NCBI RefSeq assembly: GCF_009914755.1
Contig: NC_060928.1
Reading direction: 5' to 3' (one strand)
DNA from: the human T2T-CHM13v2.0 reference genome, Homo sapiens
DNA length: 64,000 bases
Under the pieces are notes generated by a model, which was not told the origin of the DNA, did not search any database, and saw only the letters and a program-made list of their open reading frames with translations. The position numbers and the translations under genes are program-made. Below, piece by piece: positions 28,115-43,577 of this stretch (position 1 is the first letter of the stretch; each line of letters starts with the position of its first letter).

Positions 28115-30901
28115 TTCCCTGTCCCTTTCCAGAAGTAAGGCTCCTTAAAACGAAAGGCGCTCCGGGGCCGCGCGTATTCCGCGTCCCAGCCAACCCGCCT
28201 CCGGCCCGTCAGCGTTTCTCTTTTGCTTAGGTGCGGCTTGGCGCGCCCCGAGCGCTCAACGCGGTCCTGGGCGCTGCGGGCTTCTCGCGGACACTTGGAC
28301 CGCCCGTAGGGGCTCCGAGCTCCCGACCTCCCGTTGTGCCGGGAGCAACTTGAAAGTCCGTCGTGCACTGTCCGTGTTCCCTCGAGACAACCTCCAAAGT
28401 GCCAGGGAAGCTAAGGAAGCGTTTCTGACGCTCTGGCGCCTGGACTTCCTCTCACCCTCGCCCCCACATCACCCCGTCGCCACCGGGAGCTGCACGAGTG
28501 CGACACGCAAGGGAGCGCAGGTGTCCTCGCGGTCCCGCATCACATCCGCAAGCCGATTTCCCCAGCTCGGGGGCTGTTATCTGGCCCGGATTCCGCAGGA
28601 TGGCGGGTCCACCCCAGCGCCCCCACTCCCCGCCCTCCTTCGGGTCGCCAGGCCCTCGGGTGATTCAGAAATTCATCAAATCCAAATGGCAGCGGGCTCT
28701 CTGTCAGGCAGGAAACAAGCCGCACCGAAGGCTCGGCAGGTTCCTCCTTGCTGCTGTGGTAATGGAAAAGGAGCCGCCGAGTGGAGCTAACGAGGAAGGA
28801 AGGACCCTCCGTCTGGCGCGCCTCTTTCCCGCGCCTCCCGCCCTGTACGTGTGATGTCCCCAGCTGTCTCTCTGTTTCTCCAAGTGCCAACCACTTCACA
28901 GATTCAGGCGTCCTCAAGTGGAGAAAACCATTGGGCACCCGGCTTCCGGCCCGGCCACTTAGTGTCGTTATGGCGCTGCCTCTTACAGGTGGCGGTAAAG
29001 GGCGACTGTAAATAGCCGATTAAACAGATGTAAATGTACACAATGTACCGTGGAATTACCGGGTGCCGCTCTGGGCACCCGCCAAGAACAGCTACTGCAT
29101 GGAGGGGAGGAGGGAGCAAAAAAAAAGTAATTCCATTTTGTTTTCTGATCAATGAATGAGACTTTGGGGATTTCAAAATACTTCCAGCGCCCAGGAGACT
29201 ACTCCTTGCTTTTGGCTCTGTGCTTAAATGGTAGATATTTTTGTCAAGTATTGCCGGCTTGTTTCTTAAAGTCAGCTTTTCCTCTATGAAAAAGAGAACA
29301 ATGCTAGGGACATTAGCCCCACACACTTCCAGGAATTTCAGCCCCTTTGACTGTTTTAGAAAGGGGAGGGTCCTGGACCAGAAGTTAGGAGACTTGAGTC
29401 CTGGTGCTGCTCACCTGCAGAGGTGTCTTGGGAGCCCAGCCAGCCAGCCTGAATTCCTCCAGATTAGAGGCTTAGTCTACATTGACATAAGGTCCTTGGG
29501 GCTTAGGCTAGAGCACTCTGAGGTTCTTTGGCTCAAGCAAGACACCCTCTAGCTTAGTCTATACCTCTCTGAAGTCTCTTGGCTTAGGTTTGACCTCCTT
29601 AAAGTCCTCCAGTGCAGATACTGGGAGTCCAAGGCTAAACAGAGAAGGTGTACGTGCAGTGGAAGATGAAAGAGCCACTTTAGGTTACATCATTTTCAAA
29701 CATGAACCACAGAAACAGGATTTTATATCTGATTTTTAAAAAGCCATCATTTACTGAGCTCGGTCACTCACTGGTTTTGAATTATATGATATTTTTTCTC
29801 ATTTAACCTTTTTACATATCACCCCCTCCCTTGCATATTATACTGGTGCACTAAAACATACCAGATACTCGTCTTCCCCAGTTTCCAGTTGATTTTCAGG
29901 GTGAAAAACAATGCTGAAAGCTGAAGGAAGCAGCAAAAAGACTTTATTCTCTTACTCAAAGGCAGTGAGGCAGGGCTGGGAGGCTGGAAGAAATCTCTCA
30001 AGACGTACAGAAGACACAGTTTCATGGTGGGTGGGTACGTGTGGGAGTGAAGGAGAGGGGAGGAATCATGTTGCAAGTGTCCAACTGTCCCCTTGGTGCT
30101 GTGAGGTTTTCCCAGCCTGTACTAAGCACCCAAACTGTCAAGCGCTCCCTTTCTACCTACTACCTTGAGAACACCTGAAACCCTGCCTACGGCACCCCCC
30201 AACCCCGGCCCCCGCCGTCGGTGAAGCAGGGGTCCTCTGGACCTACAAGAGGCAGGGACAGGAAGGGAGCAGGGTCTTTCTAGCAAAGTCAGTAGTGATG
30301 CGGGGTCAAACTACAGAGAACCTTCACCAGATCTGCACATGAGGCAGGCAGCAGCAGGGACACAGTCCCATCCCTCTTCCCCCACCATTCATTCCTGCTG
30401 GCTCTGGGCCCAAAGCTGGGGCAAAATGTTTTTATGACTCTCTTAAGATCCACTTGTATCTTTACAAATCATGTTGTGTATGTTTCGAGTCTCCTTCTCT
30501 AGACGGACTGATTCTTATTTATGGTCCTAGAACACAACACAGTGCCTGGTACAGAATGTGGGTTAAGCATTGTCAGCAATGATTTTGCAGATAGGAATAT
30601 TCTGTTTTATATAAACAGTGCTGAGGCTTTCTCACAGACTGGATTCTCCTCCTATGTTTTGGCAAAGTGCTTTGTTTCAGTTCAAATCTGAAGAGCATTT
30701 TTGAGTTGTTCTACTTTCCCACATCGACTGGCCCCAAATCTGCTTCCATCGCATTCTTTCCCACAGTTTTCTTCATTGAGAGCTGATTTCATAAACTCTC
30801 TTTCTACTTGGCTTTCCACCAGTTTCCCCTGTCGTACTCTGTCCCCACCAATGTGGTCATGGGCTAGAAAATCAATAAAACTCTTAATCACAAACAATGT
30901 G

Positions 30902-30922
30902 CAGCAGCAACAGCAGCAGCAG
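30902..30922 (+). repeat. Interrupted CAG repeat, 7 units
   Basis: cag cag caa cag cag cag cag. Confidence 0.85.
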
Positions 30923-32815
30923 AAGTAGTGTGGCTCAGCTCCTAACTTGGCAGATCCCAGTGAGACAGAACAAGCTCTACCAGGGAGGAACGGGACCGCA
31001 CAGGACATCCAACATCTAGGCTGGGTGAGACTTGCTTTCATGTTCACACTGAGAGTGACTTTTTTTTCCCTGTCTTTGGTCTTGAATCAGGAGGAGGGGT
31101 GACTTTTCTAAGCTGCTCTGGCTTAGTTTCCATTGCCTCCAAGGCTATATTCCTTCTCTTCATACCCAGCTTGGGAAACATAATTCCCTCTTCCATTGCA
31201 GCAAGCAGTCAAAATACTGAGTTAATTTTATTCATTCTACCACCCCTGTCTTTCCCTGGAGAAGGCTGGTGCTTACATACAAGACTGATATAACTTTTGC
31301 AATAAATATATTTTTACAAGCTTCTTGTATTTTATGCACCTTCCTACATTTAGGGGAAACAATTCTGTCAATTCGCTGCTATGCATGCTAAGCGAATTGT
31401 GAAACAAGTAGTGAATGTGGAACTTATGTGGGATTCACTACTGTTGGCTGTTACTGACTCCTCATCCTGCCCGCTGGCAGGGAGTGGAGGGGCCCAAGCA
31501 GTCTTCTGGGTCTCCATGTATTTGGGAGGGAGGAGCCTCTGAGACCTCAGCGGTAGGAAGTCGCATCAGAGCCTCTCCAGAAGCCCTGGTGGCTTTATGG
31601 TTGCTGGCCTGGCTCTGGTTTCCATCACTTGCTTACACCGCCAGCAGGATGACAAGGATAAAATTAGTGAAAGACCTTTTAAATAATCATCAAGTCTCGT
31701 TTTGGCACTGCTCACTCCTTCACAAGATTTTTTCCCACCAAATTAGCCAGTTTGATTGAGTTTTTGCTTTGTCTGTTTTGGTTCCACCAAGAACTAGCCA
31801 AGCAACTGGGCAATTCAGTTCTGCGGGGGCCGGGGGGGGGGCCTTCGTTTTCCCATCTGTAAATGAAGAGTTGGGCTACATAAATTCGAAGCTCAAACCT
31901 TCTCTGTCCACCTTTTCTGGAGAAAAGGTAAATAGAGCCTGAGAAGCCCCAGGAAAAGGCACATAAAAAGGAAATGGGAAGAAGCCAGGGCAACTCCAAC
32001 AAACTGAATACTCAAGTCCTCTCACGTTAATGGCTCTATCTGGGCAGGCAGGTGAGGGGAGAACCTTTATCTTGACTCTAGGGAGGGAAGCATGGAAGTT
32101 TTAGGAGAACCAAGGTTCCTGGGTTCTGAATCACTGAGTCACTAATCAAGTGGCTAACTGTGTTAGTGACAACTGCAGAAGCTGGAGGGAGGGGCTGGGA
32201 GAGGAGCAGCGAGGAGGAGACGGGTGGGGGAGGAGATGGGGATGAAAGGGAAGCGTTTGCAGCTTGTGGAGCACTGGGAAGAGCAGGGACATCAAGGGCA
32301 CCAAATAAAGGTCCAGGGAGCAAAGAAAGAAATGGAGAAAATTCATTCTGCTGGAAATAGACATGAGTGCAGTCAGGAAGAAGACTTACAGATTCAGGGT
32401 GACCTGATTTGATTACAGCAACAGGAAGTGCAAGAGAGAGAGGGCAGAATAACCTGACCTAAGGAAGTGAATTAAATAATAGAGAAGACACCACAGTTGC
32501 CATGGTATTAAAATACCTCATGCCACATTAAGCTTCCTCTTTCTCTTTTGCTTGATTCTTGTTTTTGCAACATGTTAATGTTGCAATGACATGTTAATGT
32601 CATTGCAGGGTATCCAGTAAACTAAATTTAGACTTTCTGGGGCGGGGAGGGGAGGGAAGATGCAGCCCAGATCTCCCTGTTTGGGTCGACTCTGGGCCAA
32701 TATTGTTCCTTCACAGAGTTCTTGGGGTTTTTTGCATTATGGGATATGAAAACTCTTATGTCAGGCTTGGGCCTAGTGAAGCTGCTGAGTGAAATGATTG
32801 AAAAAAAAAAAATGA

Positions 32816-33199
<384 letters not shown>

Positions 33200-35853
33200 T
33201 TAGAAATTACTTTAGAAAAACAATAGGATTGCAGAAACTTGAAAAATAAAGACAAACCGCCACCAAAACCAAATGTGTTTTCATAGATATTATTTTCTCT
33301 AATTGTTTTTGAAAAATTACTTTACTAGGCTAAAATTAAGATTATTGAGTCCTGCAATTGGTCCTCTGCAAAAGTAGACATTGCAGAGGGCAGGTACATG
33401 GTATACTCTTTTGACACTACAATATCCAGGATGGGCAGAGGAGTATTTCCAGCTGACCTATTTACCACAAATGTCATAACATTCATCAAGGGTCAGCTCT
33501 TGACCTTCCTCAAGTGGACTCACATTAACTAGACCCCGAGAGACTGAGATGTATGCCTGAATTATGATGGACAGATCAGAATACTCACACTGTCAGGGCA
33601 AAAGATCTCTCTATATAAATAAATGCACTTGAGAAGACAAATTCCATCCAAAAGTTTGCTTAGTTATCTGGAGTAGAATGAAGGACATTAGTTGTGTGGT
33701 CCACAAGACAAATACTCTGATACAGTGTTCTGAAAGAATGAGGCTGCCCACCCATCCCACTCACCTCTGCTTAGATGGGCCCTATGGCTTCTGAGGCTTC
33801 AAGCTTCTTTCTCCGTGCTCTAGTTTCTCCAAACCTGATTCTCCACACAGCGTCCTATACAGCCCATTAGGCAGATTTACACTTTCTAAGTCATAATGAC
33901 ATTCTCTATCTTCCTGGCATTACAGCCAAGTCACTTTAATGGGAATTTGAGGTAATCCTCAAACTTCTCAGTCACAAATTGAGTCACTCTCTTGGTTTAT
34001 GCCCACTGAATTCTAGTCAAAACCATTGAGTGTGCAGATTTTGGTAGTCAAACTTTCTGAGAGCAACCTGGTTCTCAAGTTCTTGGGAAAGCACCTCATT
34101 TCTGCTTCACAAGCCATCAACAGTGGGCCAACCTTCTTAGGCTACCATGATTTCTGAGAAAGAGACCAGAGACATATTAAGACCCACGTGGCCTGTCCTG
34201 TGATACAGTCATCCAAGTTTTCCTGGGCACTCAGCTCAAAGATATTTCTATTCTGTGCAGGAGTGGAGAGGTTGGCTCTTTGCTATGATAGCTTAGGCAA
34301 CGGAACGCCACCTTGAGGATGCAGATTCCATCTACTATAACATAGATGGAGGGCAAAGTGTCCTCTTCATTTTCCAAATGGGACTGTCTGGCTTTGAATC
34401 CAATATCCAGAAATGAAAATACCCATGTGGTCCTCTTCACTCAGTCACAAACAAAGACAGGTTGATTAGAGTGTTTCTGGGACCTGGCACTGAAATGACA
34501 ACCCTCGATCTACAGGCAGCCCTCACCCGGAGGTGCTTGATGCTAAGCCAGCCCTTCCTGTATGTATTTGCTGGAGACCTGTCTTGCAGCCTCTTTGGAT
34601 CTGGCGTGTCCTTTCAGGTCATTTAAGGTCTTATTGATCCTCCTTGCTGAGTCCATAGATCAATTCTTGGGAAAAGATGCTGTGGCCAACTTTTGGAATG
34701 TCTTTCAGACAAATTTAAAGAGCCCTGCTCAAATGCTCCTGTGCTCAAGATAGAGGACCAAAAAGAAAGCAGCCCTGTGGTAGGCCTTGTACTGTCTCCT
34801 TGGAGAAAAATGCCAGTTGAGAGTAGGTCTTCTGAAGTTATAAGCATCACTTCCCAACCTGGCATCTGGGGAATGTCTTAAGTCTGAGATAGTGTGAGTT
34901 CTTCAGCAGAGCAGGGAGCCTGGTTATTACTCAGCTGTAAAGTCTTGGCACCTCGACCTCACCTGTGTCCCCTGTTCTGTGCTCTCCCCCAAGATGGTGT
35001 GGCAAAGGTTGTGATTTGAACCAGGTCAGGTTCATTCTCAGTTGTAGACAAGATAAGAGAGAGGGGCAAGTCAGTGATCTCTCCCTTCTCGCCAATCCTA
35101 TAGAATTTGGAGTATCTGCAACTAACTTTCCTTAATATTTCAAAATAATCCTTCTGAAAATGTGCATTGAGAATTGTGGAATTGGTTATATCCAAGCAGA
35201 GTCATCTTGTTTATAGGCTCATTTTCATCTAAGGGGCTATTTTTATTGCTGACATATACCTTTCAAGTATTTGGAAAGGTTTATCGTGAATGGAATGTAT
35301 CCTGAATGGAATGTAATTTGGCATCTCTGAGCTCATTTGCACCACACAATAATTCATCCCCAAGACCAGAGATGTTTAAGGACTCTCCCAGGATCCCACA
35401 ACTGAAATGTGGCCAAATGAGGCTCAAATCAAGGCCCATTGGGTCTTCAGCCATACTTCACACTTCATGCAGAGTGACAAGACTCCTCAGAGGGTGGGCA
35501 TCGGAGGGCAGGGGTGAAGCAACAAGAGATGGCATTTAGAGACAGTCTGCTGTTTCCCAGGAGACTGAGTCACATCATTTCATTTCATCCTGAAAATGAC
35601 CTTACAGAATATGATCTCCATTTATAGATGAGGAAACCCGAGACTGTGAGTTCAAATAACTTGTCTGGAGTCACATAAGTAGTGAGAGTGGGATTGGAAC
35701 CACAGCTGTGCAAACCATGAAAAGGCACAGATAGAGGAAATGGAAGTAACAGGACAGTTTTGGAGAAATAATTCTAGATTATTGAGTAAAGGAAAAGTTC
35801 TTAAAGAAGCTCTACATCAGTTTTATGGTGCCATACAAGATGGACTTATGGAG

Positions 35854-36272
35854 TGTGTTAATCTGTTCTCACATTGCTGTAAAGAAATACCTGAGACCAG
35901 GTAATTTAGAAAGAAAAGAGATTTAATTGGATCATGGCTCTGCAGGCTACACAGTAAGAATGATGGCATCTGCTCAGCTTCTGGGGAGGCCTCAGCAAAC
36001 TTACAATCATGGCAGAAGGTGAAGGGGGAGCAGGCAGTCACATGGACAGAGCAGGAGCAAGAGAGAGAGGCAGAAGGTGCTACACACTTAAACGACCACA
36101 TCTCTTGAAAACTCACTCACTATCATGAGGACAGCACCAGAATGATGGTGCTAAACCATTCATGAGAAATCCACCCCCATGATCCAACCACCTCCCACCA
36201 GGCCCCACCTCCAATATGGGGGATTACATTTCAACATGAGATTTGGGAGGGGACAACATCCAAACTGCATCA
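35854..36272 (-). mobile_element. MSTA/MSTB-type MaLR solo LTR
   Basis: aaagaaatacctgagac...gcttctggggaggcctcag...acaatcatggcagaagg. Confidence 0.88.
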
Positions 36273-36714
36273 CAGGGGAAATGACAAAATCACAAAAGCG
36301 TATACATGGCTGGCCTCTAGTGGCAGAGGAGAGCTTTGGTCTTGTCTCTGGGGGTATGCTTTTGTGAAGGTGTCCCAAGTGACCCCCATCCCTTATTTGA
36401 GATGATATACTTCTTGGGTTCAAGTTGTTCAGTTTGTTTTTCTGGTTCTGGTGGCTGAGTGGAGGGCAGAGATTCTCTCTGCAGCAGATGTGCCATCCTT
36501 TACAGTGCCTAGCATGCTGCTGGACGTACAGGTGTCCAGGAGGTTTGGCAAGCATATTGCCAGGAAAAACTTCTACCATTGAGGGCCCAGTGCAAACAAG
36601 CTCACTATGAGCAGGCTGGCTGGCCATGGATAAGGAGGACCATCTTAGGAGCAAGTTACAGCTGACAGATGACTTTTGAGCTGTGGAAATGGAAGACAGA
36701 AAAATGCTTTTTGA

Positions 36715-37031
<317 letters not shown>

Positions 37032-37248
37032 GAACTTCATTAATTTTTTAAAAATCCAGTCTTAATCTATAATTTTAAATCACCATTTACTTTATTAATT
37101 TTAGAAGAAAAACATTCATTGGAGAGATATTAAATAGAATATCAAAAAGAAAATGTAAAAATCACTCAAAATCCTAACAACCAACAGTAACTACGATAAA
37201 CAATCTGGTATATGCCCTTTCAGACACTTTATAAAAATGTATAAGCAT

Positions 37249-38245
<997 letters not shown>

Positions 38246-38779
38246 TGAACTCGTAGGCAGTGTTCTTAAAATTAATAATAAAATTGTAAACATTCGTAAT
38301 CTAGAAATTATTTAATGTGTAGAAGCAAGCATCATATGCTTTTGAGAACAGTAGATAATGTACTTGCATGGAACAACATCTAGTAAAAATAAGCCAAAAT
38401 GTTAATAGTAATTATCACAGGATGATGTGATCTCAAGTGATTTAATTTTTTCTTTTTGCTCATTAAAAAATGTTTCTTATGATGACTATTATTGACTTAT
38501 ATAGTTATAAAAAGAGGTTGTTAAAAAAAAAAAAACCTTACCAGCTGGAGGCACATTACTTTTCTAGACTTTATTTTCTGTATATGTAATATGGAAATTC
38601 TAGAAATTACTCTATAGAGAGGTTGTGTGGATTAATGGATAATGCAGATAAAGGGCTTTAAGGAGCTCCAGGCACACGGTTGAGTGTACACTACATAGTG
38701 GCCACCAGCATCCCTGCTGTCATCTAATTCATTTGTGCTTCTGCCTCTACTCTTGCCTGTTCTTCATGGGTAGGAGAGT

Positions 38780-39300
38780 GGCCTTTCAAGTCAGATCACA
38801 TAAGGCTTTGCCCTGCTTAAAGCCTTCCAGTGTAGCCAGGAGTGGTGGCTCATGCCTGTAATCCTAGCACTTTGGGAGGCCGAGACTGCTTTGTTCTATC
38901 CTACCTCAGGGCCTTTGCATTTTGTTCTGTCCTACCTCGGGACCTTTGCATTCACAGTTCCTCCTTACCTGGGATTCCCCTCCCCTTATCTTCTCTTAGC
39001 TGGTTTTTGGTCTCAGCATAAAAGTCACTTCCTCAAAGATGTCTTCCCTGGCCACCCAACCAAGGGTAGCTACCCAGCCACACTTCTATTGAATACTTCT
39101 CTGGTTTAATACTTCCCTTTGTTAATTTTCATCATAGCATTTGTCACCACCTTACACATTCTTGTTTATTCTGTTACCTAGTCTGCGTTTCTCCACAGGC
39201 CTTGTTTGTCATGTCAGAGCTGTCACGGCATATGCAGAAGGGTGTCTAGCACATTGCAAATGCTCCAGACATGGGTGTTAAATCCTTTCATTAATTAATT
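38780..39300 (+). mobile_element. L2 remnant containing a 50-bp Alu 5' fragment
   Basis: cctgcttaaagccttccagtg, cctcagggcctttgca, gtcacttcctc. Confidence 0.65.
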
Positions 39301-39464
39301 AGATTATCTTTGTCAAGTGACTGAACGGTTTAATCACCTCCTTCTCAGAGGTCTGGTGTTTTCCTAAGGAGGCAGAGGGCAATTATGTCACTTTATTTCT
39401 ACATCCCCCACCCTCCACCACTACCCCCAATTAGAAAGAGGATGATTTAAAAAAACAAAAAACG

Positions 39465-39824
<360 letters not shown>

Positions 39825-39946
39825 CTACCTTTCCATCCCAGATTGTTTTTTTGTTTTGTTTTGTTTTGTGTGTTTTTTTTTTAAAGCTGCCGAGATTTGA
39901 AAAGAGAACCTTTGCAGACTTTAATTCTGATACATGAGGCAGGACA

Positions 39947-40170
39947 GGCAGTCTCCACTCTACAAAGAGGTTGTGTTCCGAAAGTTTCATTGTGTATGTT
40001 GTTTGTTTCCAACACAGAATGCATTTTTCATTGGAAACAATGTTCCCAGACTAGCCCACAAAAGCCTATTTAACCCACTATGCTAAGTAGAAAACAAAAT
40101 GCGTTTAAATTCTAGGAAACACAACAGGGAAAATGAATAAGAAATACAATTTAAATGTTTATGTTGAATA
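39947..40170 (+). mobile_element. Tigger-family DNA transposon fragment, subfamily uncertain
   Basis: caggcagtc...gttgtgttccgaaagtt...gcccacaaaagcctatttaaccca resembles a Tigger left end. Confidence 0.5.
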
Positions 40171-41318
40171 TTAGTGCTTGGGGAAAAGCAGCTTCCAACA
40201 AAGAAGAAAGAAGCAGCAAGGGTCAGGGGTGTGGAAGATTCAGAGAGCGGAGTGGAAGCCCAGCTGTCATGGCCAGGCCACAGTCCTGCATCTGACAGGG
40301 CTGTGGACGAAAGCCGAGTCTGTCCTGGAGCAGCTGGGCCTGGGCAGGTCTGAGCCCGTGTGAGGAACATTCCTGCAGATGCACAGCATGCAGAGGGCAG
40401 GCGGGGCTGACGCACACACTTCTCCCCAGTGAATTCTGGAGGCTGGAGTCAACCTATAGAAAGTCTTCCATGAGGCCGAAATTGGAGTGTGTGATGGGGG
40501 TGGCTCCTGGGTCTCATGGAGTTCCTCAGAGAGCTTCTGCCTGAGTTATGTGAGTATAAGCATGATACTACATCTTAAAAAAATAATGGGCTCAGTTTTA
40601 GTTTCGTTGGTGTTTACCACATGGTAATTTCAGGCATTTCCCCCCTATATCTGATATTTGTGCTGCTACTTTGAGGCAAAAGCTTTTTATCTCCTAAAAG
40701 GCCCCCAAAGCAGGGGCCATCTCCTTATAGAGGAGGTCTTCTAAAATTTCTCACGTTTTTCCAGAATTTGAAATTTCTCCTATTTTGAATAAGGAAGTGT
40801 TCTATTTGGGAAAGACCCATTATCCTGAAATCAAGCCTAATTTTGGAAGCTTGTAGAAAGAGTACCCCAGAAGAACTGGTAAAGAAGGAAGCAAAGAAAT
40901 TGAAGACACAGTTAGGAATTATTCCTGCAAGGAGTACTTCATAATTATTAAGTGTTTTATGTCAAGTAAATGAACTCCTAAATATCACTTAAAAGCAATA
41001 GCAGTAAATAGTTATATTTTAGATGATGAATCTAAATTTAGAGGACAAATTACAAAATGGGGTAACATTTCCAACAAGAGTGTTTTATATGGAATGTTAA
41101 GTGCTTAGGCAGGAAAAAGAGTATGATCTTGAAAATTATATGGGATGATTCTGAAAGGGGGTCTAGTGATGAAGACATTAGTGTCAAAGATGTATGTGAA
41201 GAGTTTGAATAAAATTGTTTCAGGAAATGTGGGATTGAAGATAGCTATATTTCTATGCATGTAGCAAAATTACATTTGTACCTGATAAGTTAATACAAAT
41301 GTTTAAAAGCCTGTATTT

Positions 41319-42395
<1,077 letters not shown>

Positions 42396-42625
42396 TATAT
42401 ATGTGCAACCAAATTAATCTCTGAAATATCATAGACATTTGAATCTTGTCTACATCCTAATAGTTTATATATCCAATTAGGCTAATTTGGAGGAAGGGGA
42501 ATCTCATTGGAAAAATAAGAATTGTATTACATATGTCCTCTCTTTGCATTAAGGCATATGTGGAATACATCAGTACAAGTTTGCTTTTAAAAGAGGCAGA
42601 GCATACTGGACTAAGACTATGATAA

Positions 42626-42925
42626 AGCCCGGCGCAGTGGCTTACACCTGTAATCCCAGCACTTTGGGAGGCTGAGGTGGGTGTATCACTTGAGGTCAGG
42701 AGTTCAAGACTGGCCTGGCCAACATGGTGAAACCCCGACTCTACTAAAAATACAGAAATTAGCTGGGCAACGTGGCATGCGCCTGTAATCTCAGCTACTC
42801 AGGAGGCTGAGGCAGGAGACTCGCTTGAACCCAGGAGGCAGAGGTTGCAGTAAGCCGAGACTGTGCCACTGCATTCCAGGCTAGGTGACAGAGGGAGACT
42901 CCATCTCAAAAAAAAAAAAAAAAAA
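42626..42925 (+). mobile_element. Alu (S-type)
   Basis: Full dimer; tatgataaa on both flanks. Confidence 0.94.
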
Positions 42926-43577
42926 GTATGATAAAAAGATCTAGGCTCTAGTTCTGGATTTATTACTGCAGCCACGTCTTCTGGACAGGTCAGTTGTCTC
43001 TCCACGTTTCAGTTTTATCAAATGGAAAAAATGAAAACTGTCACACTTCTTACATAACTTCTTTTATTATCTGTATTGTAAATACAGAGTCTCAATTATT
43101 GACTAATTTATACTAATAGTGGGAAGCAGTGTCTAGATAATCCCAGATGATTACTAATTTAAAACTACTTTACATTTTATTTAGTAATGTGTTTGGAACA
43201 GTTACATTTTGTAGCTACTTACAATTTTACTTTAACTGAAATAATAAGACAAGGCCATAAATATTGGCCTCCCTGGCTGGGGAGTTGTGTGGGTTTCCTT
43301 TCCAGGCAGTTGAGGTTTTCCATGGAGCCTACTCTACAGTGTCAGCAGGAGTATAACATAGAAGGCTTCCAGGTCAGGTGGCCCAGAGTCAAATCAAAGC
43401 CCCATCCCTTTTTAGCAAATTTCTCAGCCTTACTTAGCTGTGCCGGCCTGCCTCTTTCTAAAATGAGGAAAATAATAATACCCACTTCACTGGTTTATTG
43501 AGAGGATTAAATGAGGACGTGTTATTTCACACCATTATTGCTTCTGTTGTTATTATTTTAAAATCTAGGTTGGTGAT

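Larger units (their letters stand above)
26850..29100. promoter_or_regulatory. CpG island / SETD7 promoter
   Basis: Very high GC and CpG density over exon 1 with sharp AT-rich flanks; GC boxes. Confidence 0.93.

Noticed and set aside
26733-28148. Long ORFs of 429 aa (minus) and 396 aa (plus) over the CpG island
   Set aside because: Non-ATG starts, low-complexity Arg/Gly/Pro/Ala content, out of the SETD7 frame; expected in very GC-rich DNA
30682-31047. 121-aa minus ORF with poly-Cys and the opposite poly-Gln ORF
   Set aside because: Both come from the short CAG repeat; no recognisable domain
36309-36326. CTCF-like CCACTAGAGGCCAG (minus)
   Set aside because: Mismatch in the GGC core; chance-level without ChIP data
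40790-41230. AT-rich stretch reminiscent of a decayed transposase
   Set aside because: No ORF and no family identifiable by eye
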